DNA of 64,000 nt from an uncultured Candidatus Binatia bacterium (GTDB lineage Bacteria; Desulfobacterota; Binatia; UBA9968; JAJDTQ01). Positions 24,012 through 35,636 of the stretch are shown here, piece after piece (position 1 is the first letter of the stretch; each line of letters opens with the position of its first letter). Where the stretch lies: NCBI GenBank assembly GCA_965242525.1, contig OZ251459.1:608001-672000 (forward strand). The letters run 5' to 3'. The notes below the pieces were generated by a model. That model was not told the origin of the DNA. It saw only the letters and a program-made list of their open reading frames with translations, and ran no database searches. The position numbers and the translations under genes were made by a program.

Positions 24012-26405
24012 TTACGCGCTCAGCCCGAAGTCCTGCACCGGCTCGCTCTCGTCGCCCAGTTCCGGGCAGAAGGTGTCCACCTGGAGCAGCGCGGCGCAGC
24101 CGGGGCAGTAGTACTCGACGAAGCAGGCGATGTAGGGTTCCCCGGACGGCGTCTTCTGGCCGGACAACTTCTCCAGGTCGCGCTTCCGCCTCAGGGCGTG
24201 GCGCTTGTAGTTGTCGCCGGCGCGGCAGTAGCGGTGGCCGCACCGGGTGCAGCGGACCACCTCCCGGTCGCCTTCCCGCGCGATGGCCAGGCACGGATGG
24301 AACCGCAGCATCTCCGCGCCTGCGGCGTTGTCCCGGCCCCTCGCCTCGTCGGTGGTCGGCAGCGTCTCCGCGCCTGCGGTGTTGCCTCGGCCCCTCGCCT
24401 CGTCGGTGGTCGGCAGCACCTCCGCGCCTGCGGCGTTGTCCCGGCCCCCCGCCTCGTCGGTGGCCGGCAGCGACTCCGCGCCTGCGGGGGCGGCTTGCGG
24501 CGCCTCGGGCAGCGTGGACGCGGGGCCGGCCAGGGGCGCGCCCGCGGCCCGGCGCTCGGCCAGGATGGCTTCCCGCCTGCGGGCGGTGGCCTCGGGGTCC
24601 ACCGCACCCGCTTCGGTCAACGCTACCCCGAACACCTCCTCGGCGATGCGGCGCGAGGCCACGCCCACCCGGACGTCGCGCCGGACCTTCTCGGGGTCCC
24701 GCTCCAGCGGGTCGCCGAAGCCGCCGCCTCCGCCCACGAAGTCGGCCACGATGCAGTATTCCGGCAGCGGCACCCGGCCCTGGAGTTGCGCGGGGTGGGC
24801 CAGGGCGCCCCAGCCCTCGCTTTCCAGTTGCCCGGGCCGGACCGGGTATTCGCCTTGGCGCAGCCGCTGCATCAGGGCTTCGCCGTCGGTGTGGAACACC
24901 GCCCGCACCCCGCCGATGCCGGTGGGGTAGCCGCCGAACAGGCCGGCGCCTTCGGGCAGGCAGCCGTAGGGGGGGTAGTTCACGCTACAGTCCCGGGCGC
25001 CATAGACCATGTAGATCCGGTAGCTGCCGGCGCCTCCGGTGTTCTTGCCCGCGCCGCCCCCGTCCACGTGGTGGTTGCGGGTGAAGTAGATGAACGGGTA
25101 CTGCATCTCGATGCGCTCGATGTCGCTGATGCCGCCGCCCGGGATGTTCATGTTCCCGCCGCAGTGGACCCCGTCCCGCAGCGGCGTGGCGCCCAGGCCC
25201 GCGCCGTGGCCGTCGTAGAGGCCCTGGGCGGTGACCAGCCCCTCCCGGTTGTGGCCGCCGTAGAAGGCCAGCGGTCCGCCGCTGTACCAGATGCCTTGCC
25301 ACGCGGCGTTGATGTCGTCGTACCCGCCGCTGTAGAGCATGCGCGCGATGCAGTCGCTCAGGGCCACCTTCGCGGTCACTCCCACGGCCGGGGCGTTGCC
25401 GCACGCCGCGGGGAAGCGGCAGTTGAGGATGCTGCCTTCGGGTATGGTGACCGAGACCGGCTCGAACTTGCCGTCGCTCCAGGGGACGTCCCAGAAGAGG
25501 AAGTCCGTCAACGCCACGGCCAACTGCGCCATGGTGCCGGCCAGCGTGGAGTTGGAGGTGTCGTTCATCTGGCCGCTGGTGCCGCGGAAGTCCAGGTGCA
25601 TCTCCTCGGCCTTCTTCTCCAGCCGGCACGCCACGTGGTAGGGCTTGACGCCGCCGCCCTTGCGGTCCCAGGCGGTGCCGGGGATGACGGAGGTCCACAC
25701 CCCGTCCGGCAGGCTCCGCAGCCGGGCCCGGGCCATGCGCTCGGAGTCCTCGATGACCTTCTTGCCCGCAACCTCCATGAAGTCCATGCCGAACTTGTCC
25801 ACCAACTCCAGGAAACCCCTGGCGCACACGTTGTTGGAGGCGATCTGCGAGCGCACGTCCTGGCCCACGTACTCCGGGTCCCGGCACTGCTGGGTCAGGC
25901 ACCGGAAGACGTCCTCCCGGAACTCGCCCTTCTCCACCACCTTGGCGCCCTGGATGCGGATGCCCTCGTGGTAGATCTCCGTGGCCACGCCGCGCAGCGA
26001 GCCGCCGGTGTCCGCGGTGTGGATGCTGGACGCGATCCAGTGGGTCAGCGCGCCCCGGTAGAAGACCGGCTTCATGATCAGCATGTCGTAGGTATGGGCG
26101 CCGGCCACGTAGGGGTCGTTGAAGAAGAGCTGGTCGCCGTCGAAGAACCCCGGGCTCTCGCCGTACCACTCGATGACCTTCCTGATGGCGTCCGAGGTGG
26201 CCGCGGCGAACCGCAGGTGGCCCGAGCACGCCAGGATCATCACCCCTTCCGCGGTGTAGAACGAGGCCATGCACTCGCCCCCCTGGGACACGATGGGAGA
26301 GGCGGTGACCTTCTGGATGGACGACCGGCCTTCCTCGCCGATGGCCCATAGCCGGTGCAGGAACATCTCGTACCGGACCGGGTCCAGCTCGCTCGTGTCC
26401 GTCAT
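24012..26405 (-). CDS. Hydantoinase B/oxoprolinase-family subunit fused to an acetone-carboxylase gamma-like Zn domain
   Basis: NDPYVAGAH; HTADTGG; GGGGGFGDP; C-terminal CTRCGH..NYK..EYYCPGC. Confidence 0.85.
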   Translation of the reverse strand: MTDTSELDPVRYEMFLHRLWAIGEEGRSSIQKVTASPIVSQGGECMASFYTAEGVMILACSGHLRFAAATSDAIRKVIEWYGESPGFFDGDQLFFNDPYVAGAHTYDMLIMKPVFYRGALTHWIASSIHTADTGGSLRGVATEIYHEGIRIQGAKVVEKGEFREDVFRCLTQQCRDPEYVGQDVRSQIASNNVCARGFLELVDKFGMDFMEVAGKKVIEDSERMARARLRSLPDGVWTSVIPGTAWDRKGGGVKPYHVACRLEKKAEEMHLDFRGTSGQMNDTSNSTLAGTMAQLAVALTDFLFWDVPWSDGKFEPVSVTIPEGSILNCRFPAACGNAPAVGVTAKVALSDCIARMLYSGGYDDINAAWQGIWYSGGPLAFYGGHNREGLVTAQGLYDGHGAGLGATPLRDGVHCGGNMNIPGGGISDIERIEMQYPFIYFTRNHHVDGGGAGKNTGGAGSYRIYMVYGARDCSVNYPPYGCLPEGAGLFGGYPTGIGGVRAVFHTDGEALMQRLRQGEYPVRPGQLESEGWGALAHPAQLQGRVPLPEYCIVADFVGGGGGFGDPLERDPEKVRRDVRVGVASRRIAEEVFGVALTEAGAVDPEATARRREAILAERRAAGAPLAGPASTLPEAPQAAPAGAESLPATDEAGGRDNAAGAEVLPTTDEARGRGNTAGAETLPTTDEARGRDNAAGAEMLRFHPCLAIAREGDREVVRCTRCGHRYCRAGDNYKRHALRRKRDLEKLSGQKTPSGEPYIACFVEYYCPGCAALLQVDTFCPELGDESEPVQDFGLSA
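24312..24487. repeat. 54-bp (18-aa) tandem repeat x3 in the interdomain linker
   Basis: CTCCGCGCCTGCGG at 24312, 24366, 24420 and 24474. Confidence 0.9.
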
Positions 26406-26426
26406 GCTCGGACCTCCCGTTGCCGG

Positions 26427-27503
26427 CTACCGGAGCGCGTACAGCTCCACCGGGTTGTCGTAGAGGATGCGCGAGACGCTGGCCGGGTCCAGGGACTCGC
26501 GCCGCCGGAGCAACTGGAGCGCGTGGATCTCGGTGGAGGAGTCGGCGTGGCCGTAGTCCGTGCCCATCACCAGGCGGTCGTCGCCCACGTACTCGATGAC
26601 GTGCTCCAGGTCGTCGTTGGTCTGGCACGCCACCCAGATGTTGTTGTCGGCGAGTATGCGTTCCTCGAGTTTGCCGCCCCGGCGCTCCACCCGGCGCTTC
26701 AGGTCGTTGATGAGGTAGGGCAGCCAACCCGCGCTCAACTCGATGATGCCCCAGCGGAGCTTCGGGAAGCGGTCCGGCAGGTCCGACATGACCAGCAGGT
26801 GGAACGCCCCCAGGCCCACGAACTTGTTGCGCTGGTAACCGCACAGGGGCTTTCCCCAGATCCGGTCCATGTCCGGGCTGTTGGTGCCCGAGTGTATGCA
26901 CACGGGCATGTCCAGGTCGCTGGCTTCCTCGTAGAGGGGGAAGAAGTCCGGGTCGTTGATGAGCCGGTTGCGGTAGTCGAGGCCGGGGACGTTGACCGCC
27001 ACCGCGCCGTTGTCCCTGGCGGCGCGCAGCTCCCGCCGGGCCTCGGGGATGTCGCTGACCGGGACCACCGCGGCCCAGCGGAACCTTCCGGCGCCGCGGC
27101 GGTGGATGTCCGCCATCCAGCGGTTGTAGCTCCGGCACAGGGCCGTCTCCACCTCGGGCCGGTCCGTGAGGGGGTGCACCCACAAGGTGGGGTAGAGGAC
27201 CTGGAGGTCCGTGCCGAGCTCGTCCATGTGGGCCACCCGGGCGTCCACGTCCAGCATGTACTTGGCCTTGAGGTCCAGCGGGACGTTGTCGAGGAAGGTG
27301 CCGGTGATGGCGTCGCTCCGGGCGCCGCCCCCGGGCCACGGGGTGCCGACCTTGCGGTCGCCGATGACCCAGTACTTCAGCACCTCGCCCGTCTCCAGCC
27401 GTTCGTAAACCGCCCCCGGCTTGTATTCCCGCTCGGAGGGGTCCAGGTATTCCCAGGTCTCGTCGATCTCCACCACGTGGGCGTCGGCGTCGATGGTCGG
27501 CAT
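26427..27503 (-). CDS. Amidohydrolase_2 family protein
   Basis: IDADAHVVE; SYNRWMAD; PVCIH; GTDYGHAD. Confidence 0.9.
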   Translation of the reverse strand: MPTIDADAHVVEIDETWEYLDPSEREYKPGAVYERLETGEVLKYWVIGDRKVGTPWPGGGARSDAITGTFLDNVPLDLKAKYMLDVDARVAHMDELGTDLQVLYPTLWVHPLTDRPEVETALCRSYNRWMADIHRRGAGRFRWAAVVPVSDIPEARRELRAARDNGAVAVNVPGLDYRNRLINDPDFFPLYEEASDLDMPVCIHSGTNSPDMDRIWGKPLCGYQRNKFVGLGAFHLLVMSDLPDRFPKLRWGIIELSAGWLPYLINDLKRRVERRGGKLEERILADNNIWVACQTNDDLEHVIEYVGDDRLVMGTDYGHADSSTEIHALQLLRRRESLDPASVSRILYDNPVELYALR

Positions 27504-27600
27504 GTTCCCCTCCCGGCTTGCAGGTTCGGTCCGCGGGCGGCGCGGATCAGTTCGCCACAAACGCGGGTTCCTGTCAAATTGGAACGGGGCGCCGACCGCC

Positions 27601-27647
27601 GGATTCCCGCCCCCGCTTCCGCGAGGACATGCTTTCGCGGGAATGAC
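27601..27647. repeat. dRS3-like hairpin with 22-bp loop insertion
   Basis: GGATTCCCGC-CCCCGCTTCCGCGAGGACATGC-TTTCGCGGGAATGAC. Confidence 0.85.
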
Positions 27648-27757
27648 GAGGGTGCGGCGCCGCGTGGATTACGGGGGTGCGGCGTTGCGGGGATTGCGAG
27701 GCCGGCGTCCGGGCAGGTTCGCGAGCCCGCGCCTTCCGGCCGGGCAGGGGAGGGGAC

Positions 27758-29443
<1,686 letters not shown>

Positions 29444-29554
29444 GCCGCGGCAGTTGGGGAAACTGCCCGCAGTGCGGCTCCAAGGGCTTCGAGCGGCAGG
29501 GTCTCCCGGCGTGAGGTCGTCGGAGGACCGGAGGGTTCCGGCCAAGCCGACGGT

Positions 29555-29583
29555 TTGACATATAGATGTCTTGCCTGTATGCT
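29555..29583 (+). promoter_or_regulatory. sigma70 promoter with palindromic operator for vapBC
   Basis: TTGACA-17bp-TATGCT with GACAT-N4-ATGTC; ATG 8 bp after the -10 box, so probably leaderless. Confidence 0.65.
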
Positions 29584-29591
29584 CGGGCATC

Positions 29592-29834
29592 ATGCGCACG
29601 ACCGTACGACTGAGCGGCACGCTTCTGCTGGACGCGAAACGCGAGGCGGCCAAGTCCGGCACGACGCTGACAGCGCTCATCGAAGAATCGCTGCGCGAAC
29701 GACTGGCTCGAAGCAGCGCGTCTGGACCGAGGCGGCGCGTCCGGCTTACGACCACCGGGAGCGGAGGGTTGCACCCGGGCATCGACCTGGACGACGCCGC
29801 GTCGCTGCTCGACGCAATGGAGGGTGTGGAGTGA
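29592..29834 (+). CDS. VapB-like ribbon-helix-helix antitoxin
   Basis: MRTTVRL..AKREAA..TLTALIEESLR..PGIDLDD. Confidence 0.85.
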   Translation: MRTTVRLSGTLLLDAKREAAKSGTTLTALIEESLRERLARSSASGPRRRVRLTTTGSGGLHPGIDLDDAASLLDAMEGVE

Positions 29835-30262
29835 TCCTGCCCGACGTAAACGTGCTCGTCTATGCGCACCGCGAGGACGTGCGCGACCATCGAGCCTATC
29901 GAGACTGGCTGGAATCGACGATCAACGCCGACTCCGCCTTCGGGCTGAGCGATCTGGTGGTCAGCGGGTTCGTGCGCATCGTGACGCATCCGCGGATCTT
30001 CAGGTATCCAAGCTCGTTGACGGATGCCCTGCAGTTTGCCGAGGACCTTCGGGGGCGTCCCAACCGGGTTGCCATCGCCCCGGGGCGCGACCACTGGCGG
30101 ATTTTCCGCCGCCTGTGCGAGGAGGCCGGCGCGAAGGGCAACTTGGTTCCCGACGCGTGGTTCGCCGCCATGGCCATCGAGCACGGATGCGAATGGATCA
30201 CCGCCGACGGCGACTTCGCTCGTTTCTCCGGACTCAAGTGGCGGCGCCCGCTCAAGTCGTGA
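29831..30262 (+). CDS. vapC: VapC PIN-domain toxin
   Basis: ILPDVNVLVYA; GNLVPDAWFAA; TADGDFARF; GTGA overlap. Confidence 0.92.
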   Translation: MILPDVNVLVYAHREDVRDHRAYRDWLESTINADSAFGLSDLVVSGFVRIVTHPRIFRYPSSLTDALQFAEDLRGRPNRVAIAPGRDHWRIFRRLCEEAGAKGNLVPDAWFAAMAIEHGCEWITADGDFARFSGLKWRRPLKS

Positions 30263-30285
30263 AGTCCGGTTCCCGGCCCGGAGTC

Positions 30286-30413
30286 GTCATTCCCGCGGGT
30301 CGCCCACGCCATCATTCCCGCGAAAGTCCCACCCCCGTCATTCCCGCGGATCGCCCACGTCGTCATCCCCGCGAAAGCCCCACCCTCGTCATTCCCGCGA
30401 AAGCGGGAATCCA
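30286..30413 (+). repeat. dRS3-like half-site array ending in a full hairpin
   Basis: TCAT(T/C)CCCGCG units at 30286, 30311, 30337, 30362 and 30388; spacing alternates 25/26 bp. Confidence 0.9.
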
Positions 30414-30475
30414 TGCGGAAGCGGGGCGGGAACCCGGGGTTCCTTACTCGGGTAGCATACCGGCCGGACGCGGGC

Positions 30476-31279
30476 TCAGTTGCCGGTTTCGCTGGTGGGC
30501 GGGTCGGCCGGCGGTCCGGCGCCGAAGCGATAGAGCACTGCCAGGCGGACCATGCCGAGACGGTTCTTCACCCGGTAGGGACAGGCCCGGTTGGGGCCGT
30601 CGGGACCGCAGCGGTTGTTGCCGGAGCGGTTGACGTGACGGGTGCGCCGTCCGAAGTCCAGGTACGAGCCGTCGATGCGCAGGCTCCAGGCGTGGGCCAA
30701 AGGCGCTTCGACGCCCGCGCCGACGACCCAGCCGACCCGGGTGGAGTCGGCGCGAAAGGAATCGTCCGGGTCCACGCTTCCTTCCGGGTCCACGACCCGG
30801 TTCGGGATGAAGTCGATGTCGGTCAACGAGTCGGCGATGCGGGCCAGGGCGATGCCGCCGGCGGCGAACAGCGTCAGCGGCCCGAGGGGCTGCTCCACCC
30901 CCGCCCGGGCCGTGGCGACCCAGCGGTACTTCGATACCGCGGTCTCGTCCCGGGCCCCGGGGTCGAGCCGGCTCGTCCTTGCCTCCAGGTTGGCCCACGC
31001 GCCGTCGATCTCCAGGCGGAGAGGCACGCCGCCCGCCGCGAGACCCTGCCCCAGGAGCGCGCCGCCCACCGCCCCGGTGTCGCTGTACTCCACCGCCCAC
31101 CCGCGCTTGCCCCAGTTGGAGAAGCCGTCCACGTCCACGAACTTGTTGTATCCCCAACCGGAGCCCACGAAGGCGCCCGCGTACGTCTCCCTCCACTGGA
31201 AGCCTTCGGCCCCGGCCGCGCTGGCCAGGAACAGGACGGCCGCCAAAGCCGTTGCCGCGTACCTGACGCCGAACCTCAT
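30476..31279 (-). CDS. Outer-membrane beta-barrel protein (Omp25/RopB-like)
   Basis: GGAGG RBS; signal peptide; WRETYAGAFVG; RARAG-like WVATARAG; GWVVGAGVE; YLDFG; VLYRF. Confidence 0.8.
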   Translation of the reverse strand: MRFGVRYAATALAAVLFLASAAGAEGFQWRETYAGAFVGSGWGYNKFVDVDGFSNWGKRGWAVEYSDTGAVGGALLGQGLAAGGVPLRLEIDGAWANLEARTSRLDPGARDETAVSKYRWVATARAGVEQPLGPLTLFAAGGIALARIADSLTDIDFIPNRVVDPEGSVDPDDSFRADSTRVGWVVGAGVEAPLAHAWSLRIDGSYLDFGRRTRHVNRSGNNRCGPDGPNRACPYRVKNRLGMVRLAVLYRFGAGPPADPPTSETGN

Positions 31280-31339
31280 GGATCACCTCCGGTGCAGGGT
31301 CGAGCAGGGAACCCTTTCAAGGATAAGCCACACTATTTT

Positions 31340-31636
31340 GGCGCTTTCGGAATTCGCGTGGGTTGCGATACTCCCCATCCCGTCATCCCCGCGAAAGCCT
31401 CGCCTCGTCATTCCCGCGAAAGCGGGAATCCATCCAGTTTCCTCGCTCTCGTTGTACAAACCTCTCATACAGGACGCCCATGGAGTTTGCTCGCAGGGTC
31501 TGGATTCCCGCCCCCGCTTCCGCGAGGACATGCTTTCGCGGGAATGACGAGGGATGGGCGTCTGCGGAGCAATGACGGCGTGATCCCTTTCGCTCCCCTT
31601 TCCTCCCACTTTACCCACACAAAAGCCGGAAGAGCC
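31340..31636. mobile_element. Composite GGC-ended element with dRS3-like pair, no nested MITE
   Basis: TIR GGCGCTTTCGGAATTCGCGTGGGT / ACCCACACAAAAGCCGGAAGAGCC; arms collinear with 15422-15838 but central 68 bp reversed. Confidence 0.8.
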
Positions 31637-31738
31637 CTTTCAGTGATAAGCCGTTGGCGGCGAAGGTCGCTTTCCCTACCTGCCACGAGTGTTACGGCGT
31701 GCAGCGTCCGACGTAGGCGGTTCGGCCTCGAGGAGCCG

Positions 31739-32281
31739 TCAGTGCCGGTAGCCTCGGAGCCGGTCGTATTCCTCGATCTGCTCGGCCGTGAGTTCGCGGG
31801 CGCTCTCCATGTGTGCGAGCAAGTGGATCGCCTGAAGCTGGCCTCGCATGACGCCCAGGTGTTCGGCAATGCGTTTTACGTCCGCTACGGAGGGCCGTTC
31901 GCCGACGGCTGCCGAAGCGAAGAGGTTCGCAAGGCGGCGTTCCGCCATGAGTATATCTTCGCCCTTGGCGATTGCCTGTGCTCGCATCTTCTCATGGATC
32001 GCCTCGATGCGCCTGACCTGTGCGGAGTGGAGGTCGAGTTCCGATGCGAGCTCGAGCAGATGCTTCGGTCCGGGGAAGCGGTTCAACTCGGCGGGTCGTG
32101 CGAGGCCCATTCCTTCACCGTTCCGCAGCCGGGTCACCTCCTCGGGCGTAAGGGTCGGAACGTCGCTGCTCCGGGTGTGCGCGTAGGGAGACGCCTGGTG
32201 ATGGTGGTGCTGTGCCGACGCCGGCGCAGCGGCGATCGAGCTGATCCACAGGAACAGTCCAAGCACGGTCGTCGTTGTCAT
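31739..32281 (-). CDS. Spy/CpxP-like periplasmic protein with His-rich N-terminus
   Basis: Signal peptide; QHHHHQ; GEGMGLARPAELNRFPGPKHLLEL; LTAEQ motif. Confidence 0.75.
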   Translation of the reverse strand: MTTTTVLGLFLWISSIAAAPASAQHHHHQASPYAHTRSSDVPTLTPEEVTRLRNGEGMGLARPAELNRFPGPKHLLELASELDLHSAQVRRIEAIHEKMRAQAIAKGEDILMAERRLANLFASAAVGERPSVADVKRIAEHLGVMRGQLQAIHLLAHMESARELTAEQIEEYDRLRGYRH

Positions 32282-32286
32282 CTTTC

Positions 32287-32392
32287 GGAACCTCCGAACA
32301 ATCGGGATAGGGGGCAAGAGCGCGTCCTTCGACTCCGCTTCGCTACGCTCAGGACGAACGGGGACAGGAGGGTCAGGGTGAGGGAACCCATC
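32287..32392 (-). repeat. GGAA-ended MITE with REP-A core, one end truncated
   Basis: GGAACCTCCGAACAATCG at 32287; reverse REP-A at 32323-32363. Confidence 0.8.
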
Positions 32393-32405
32393 TACTGGAA
32401 CCCAC

Positions 32406-33920
32406 CTACCCCCCCGCCTCCTTGAGGAAGTCGGACAGGCGCTCGCCGATCATGATGCAGGAGACGTTGGTGTTGGCGTGCACCACCGTGGGCATGACGG
32501 AGGCGTCGGCCACCCACAGGTTGTCCATGCCGTGCACCCGCAGGGTCTGATCGACCACGGCCTCGTGATGGGACGCCGGGCCCATCCGGCAGGTGCCCAC
32601 GCCGTGGTGGTAGCTGTCGTAGGTGGCCCGGGCGAACCGGGCCCAGTCCTCGCCGGGGCCGGGTTGCAGCAGTTCGCCGTAGAGCTCCCGCATGGCCGGG
32701 GTCTCGGCGACCTCCCGGATGAACTCCATGGCGGTGGTCATGGCGTCGAGGTCGCGGGGGTCCTCCAGCATGGCGGACTCGATGACCGGCAGTTCCCGGG
32801 GATCGCTGCTCTTCAAGTACATGCGGCCGCGGTTCATCTGTTCCAGCAGCGAGGCGGACAGGGGGATCGTGGTCCGGACCCCTTCCACCCGGGTGGGCGG
32901 ACGCAGGGAGATGTGGAAGTTGGCGCAGTCCCGGTCCGCGTGGCTCTTGTAGATGTAGCGTATGCGGGGGATGATCCAGTCGGCGTCGAACTCCTCCTTG
33001 CACGCGAAGGTCATGTACACCACGGCGTGGTCCTGGTAGTTCCGGCCCACCCCGGGCAGGTCCCTGGCCACGGAGATGCCGAGCTTGCGGAGGTCGTCGG
33101 CGCGGCCGATGCCGGACAGCATGAGCAACTGGGCCGAGTGATAGACCCCGGCGCTCAACACCACATGGCCGCCGGACACGGTCTCCTGCCGGCTGTCCTT
33201 CTCGTAGCGGACCGCGGTCACCCGGTTGCCGGAGACGTCGAGTCCGGTGACCCGGGCCTCGGCCACGATGTGGAGGTTGGCCCGGTCCCGGGCCGGGTCG
33301 AGGTAGGCCACCACCGTCGATTGCCGCTTGCCGTCCTTGATGCTGAAGGGGGGGTGTCCGATGCCCACCGGGTCCGGGACGTTGGTGTCCTCCAGCAGCG
33401 CCAAGCCCTTCTGCCGGCCGGCCTCCACGAACGCCTGCACCGGGTCGGCGCCGGGCGCGTCGAAGGTGAAGGGCCGCTTGACGTACAGCGGGCCGTCGTT
33501 GCCGTGGAGCGGGCTGTCCGGGAAGTCCTGGTCCGATTCCAGCCGTTTCAGCACCGGCAGGACCTTCTCCCAGGACCAGTCCGGGTTGCCGTGGGCCACC
33601 CAGTGGTCCATGTCGGCCTCGAGGGGCCGGGGCGCGGCCATGACGTTCACCGAGGAGCCGCCGCCCATGATCCTGCCGGAGAGCTTGTAGCAGACGCTGC
33701 CGTCCAGGTCCCGGGGGCTCGGGTACATGACCAGGTAGTCGGTCTCCATCAGCAGCCGCACTTGGTTCCTGGCTTCGGCCACCATCTCGGGGATGGGCCG
33801 CGGGTCCGGCCCCGCCTCCAGCAGCAGCACCTTCCGCCCGGGGTCCTCGGACAGGCGGCTGGCCGCGGCGCAGCCCGCGGACCCCCCGCCGATGATGATG
33901 ACGTCGTAATGTTCCGCCAT
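32406..33920 (-). CDS. GMC oxidoreductase (choline dehydrogenase-like)
   Basis: IIIGGGSAG; GGGSSVN; GRNYQDH; HGVGTCRMG; ADASVMP; ANTN. Confidence 0.93.
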   Translation of the reverse strand: MAEHYDVIIIGGGSAGCAAASRLSEDPGRKVLLLEAGPDPRPIPEMVAEARNQVRLLMETDYLVMYPSPRDLDGSVCYKLSGRIMGGGSSVNVMAAPRPLEADMDHWVAHGNPDWSWEKVLPVLKRLESDQDFPDSPLHGNDGPLYVKRPFTFDAPGADPVQAFVEAGRQKGLALLEDTNVPDPVGIGHPPFSIKDGKRQSTVVAYLDPARDRANLHIVAEARVTGLDVSGNRVTAVRYEKDSRQETVSGGHVVLSAGVYHSAQLLMLSGIGRADDLRKLGISVARDLPGVGRNYQDHAVVYMTFACKEEFDADWIIPRIRYIYKSHADRDCANFHISLRPPTRVEGVRTTIPLSASLLEQMNRGRMYLKSSDPRELPVIESAMLEDPRDLDAMTTAMEFIREVAETPAMRELYGELLQPGPGEDWARFARATYDSYHHGVGTCRMGPASHHEAVVDQTLRVHGMDNLWVADASVMPTVVHANTNVSCIMIGERLSDFLKEAGG

Positions 33921-33956
33921 GAGACGGGTCCTTTCGCAGCGTGCGGGCCGCGGGCG

Positions 33957-34418
33957 TCAGGCCTTGGCGGCCTCGTCGTCCAGCGCCTTGCCCAGGCGTT
34001 TCCGGAACTCTTCCAGGACCAGGGAGGTGGTGGCGCGAAGGATCATGTCGCCGACGATGGCCAGCCGTCCCTTGATCTCCACTTCCGCGCGGTACTTCAA
34101 CTCGGTGCAGTTCTCCCGGGGCTCCTCCATGCGCGCGTCCACCGAGGCCACCACGGTGCTCCTGGTCACGGAGTCCGTGCCCTCCACCCGCACGGTCAGG
34201 GACTCCTTGGGAACGCTGTGGACGATGGTGGAGCGAAAGCTGAAGTTGCCGGACATGGGGCCTACCTTGGCCTTGATCGCGCCGTCGAAGGTGGCGTCGT
34301 CGATCTGTTCGATGGAATCGATGCCGGGCATGCAGGACGAGAACTTCCGTACGTCCAGCACGAAGTCCCACACGGTGTCCCTCGGATGTTCGACCGAAAT
34401 CGTTCCCTCGAAGATCAT
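33957..34418 (-). CDS. CoxG/SRPBCC family protein
   Basis: VWDFVLD..SCMPG..KVGPM..IKGRLA. Confidence 0.85.
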   Translation of the reverse strand: MIFEGTISVEHPRDTVWDFVLDVRKFSSCMPGIDSIEQIDDATFDGAIKAKVGPMSGNFSFRSTIVHSVPKESLTVRVEGTDSVTRSTVVASVDARMEEPRENCTELKYRAEVEIKGRLAIVGDMILRATTSLVLEEFRKRLGKALDDEAAKA

Positions 34419-34567
34419 GGCGCCTCCCGGCCCGGAGATTGGGAGGGGGTATAGCCTGTTTGGGGGTGTCGATCAACCGCGCCCGCGCCTTGCCCGCCGC
34501 GGGGATTCGTGCGCATATTCGAAGGCGGCGCCCGGCCATTGCGCCCCGCGGCTCCGACTCCACGGTC

Positions 34568-35455
34568 ATGGATCACGCCATCGTCTTCGCCCTGGGCACG
34601 GCATTCTTCCTGGCGTTGCGAGACGTCTTCGGACGCATGGCCATGCGCGGAGTCGATCCGCTCCTCGGCACCGCGGCCACGGCGTTCACCGGACTCGTGG
34701 TCCTGGCCGCGGCGGCGTTCCTGAACGGCGACTTCCAGGGGGCTTGGCCCGGCTGGGGACGGCCATTGCTGCTGATCGGGCTCGCCGGCATCCTCCGTAT
34801 CACCGTGGGCCGCACCACCCTGTTCACGGCCATCCAGTACATCGGCGCGGCCCGTTCGAGCAGCTTCAGCGCCACCAACGTCTTCTTCGCCATGTTCCTG
34901 GGGGTCTTGTTCCTGGGCGAGGCCCTGACCCTTCCACTGGCGGGGGGCGCCGTCCTGGTGGTGGGCGGCTGCGTGCTGGTGGCCATGAGCCGCGTCCCCG
35001 CGGCCGTCGCGGGAACCTGGCGCGGCCATGCGGCCGGCATGTCCCTGGCCCTTGGCAGCGCCCTCGCCATGGCCCTGTCCGCGGCCCTGACCCGGTTGGT
35101 GGTCCACGAGTTCTCGTCGCCCCTCGGGGCGAACTTCTACGCCAGCGCCATCGCGCTGCCGAGCTTCCTGCCCGCGCTCTGGAACCGGCCGGTGCAGGGC
35201 GTGGCGGCCTGGTCGGCCCGGACCTGGACTCATATCTGGCTGGTGGGCCTGGTGTCCGCGGTCGGCACCACCCTGGGCTATTTCGCCCTCCAGTACGCGC
35301 CCGTGGTGGTGGTGCAACCCATCGCGCAGACGCGGCCGCTCTTCGTGCTGCTGGTCTCCCGGGTCTTCCTCCAGGCCTACGAGTCGGTCAACCGGAAGGT
35401 CGCCGTCGGCGCCCTGGCCATCGTGCTCGGCGCCGTGTGGCTGATCGTCGAATGA
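34568..35455 (+). CDS. DMT/EamA family transporter
   Basis: About 10 TM helices in two EamA repeats; IGAAR; FLGE. Confidence 0.88.
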   Translation: MDHAIVFALGTAFFLALRDVFGRMAMRGVDPLLGTAATAFTGLVVLAAAAFLNGDFQGAWPGWGRPLLLIGLAGILRITVGRTTLFTAIQYIGAARSSSFSATNVFFAMFLGVLFLGEALTLPLAGGAVLVVGGCVLVAMSRVPAAVAGTWRGHAAGMSLALGSALAMALSAALTRLVVHEFSSPLGANFYASAIALPSFLPALWNRPVQGVAAWSARTWTHIWLVGLVSAVGTTLGYFALQYAPVVVVQPIAQTRPLFVLLVSRVFLQAYESVNRKVAVGALAIVLGAVWLIVE

Positions 35456-35636
35456 CCCGACGGAGCCTCGGCTTTTCGACCTCCCGGGGCCGCGGTTCGC
35501 ATTCTTGCCGTCAAAGGCATATATCCACCTGGATCCCGGGGCGCCGGGGAAGTCTTTCGGATGCGGGCGGGACGCCCGCGTTCCCGGGACCCGTATCCCC
35601 GGACACCGGGGCGGCGACGCCCGCAGGAGGACCTCG

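Noticed and set aside
30286-30413. Half-site arrays as CRISPR arrays
   Set aside because: Units are about 12 bp with short recurring spacers and belong to the dispersed REP family
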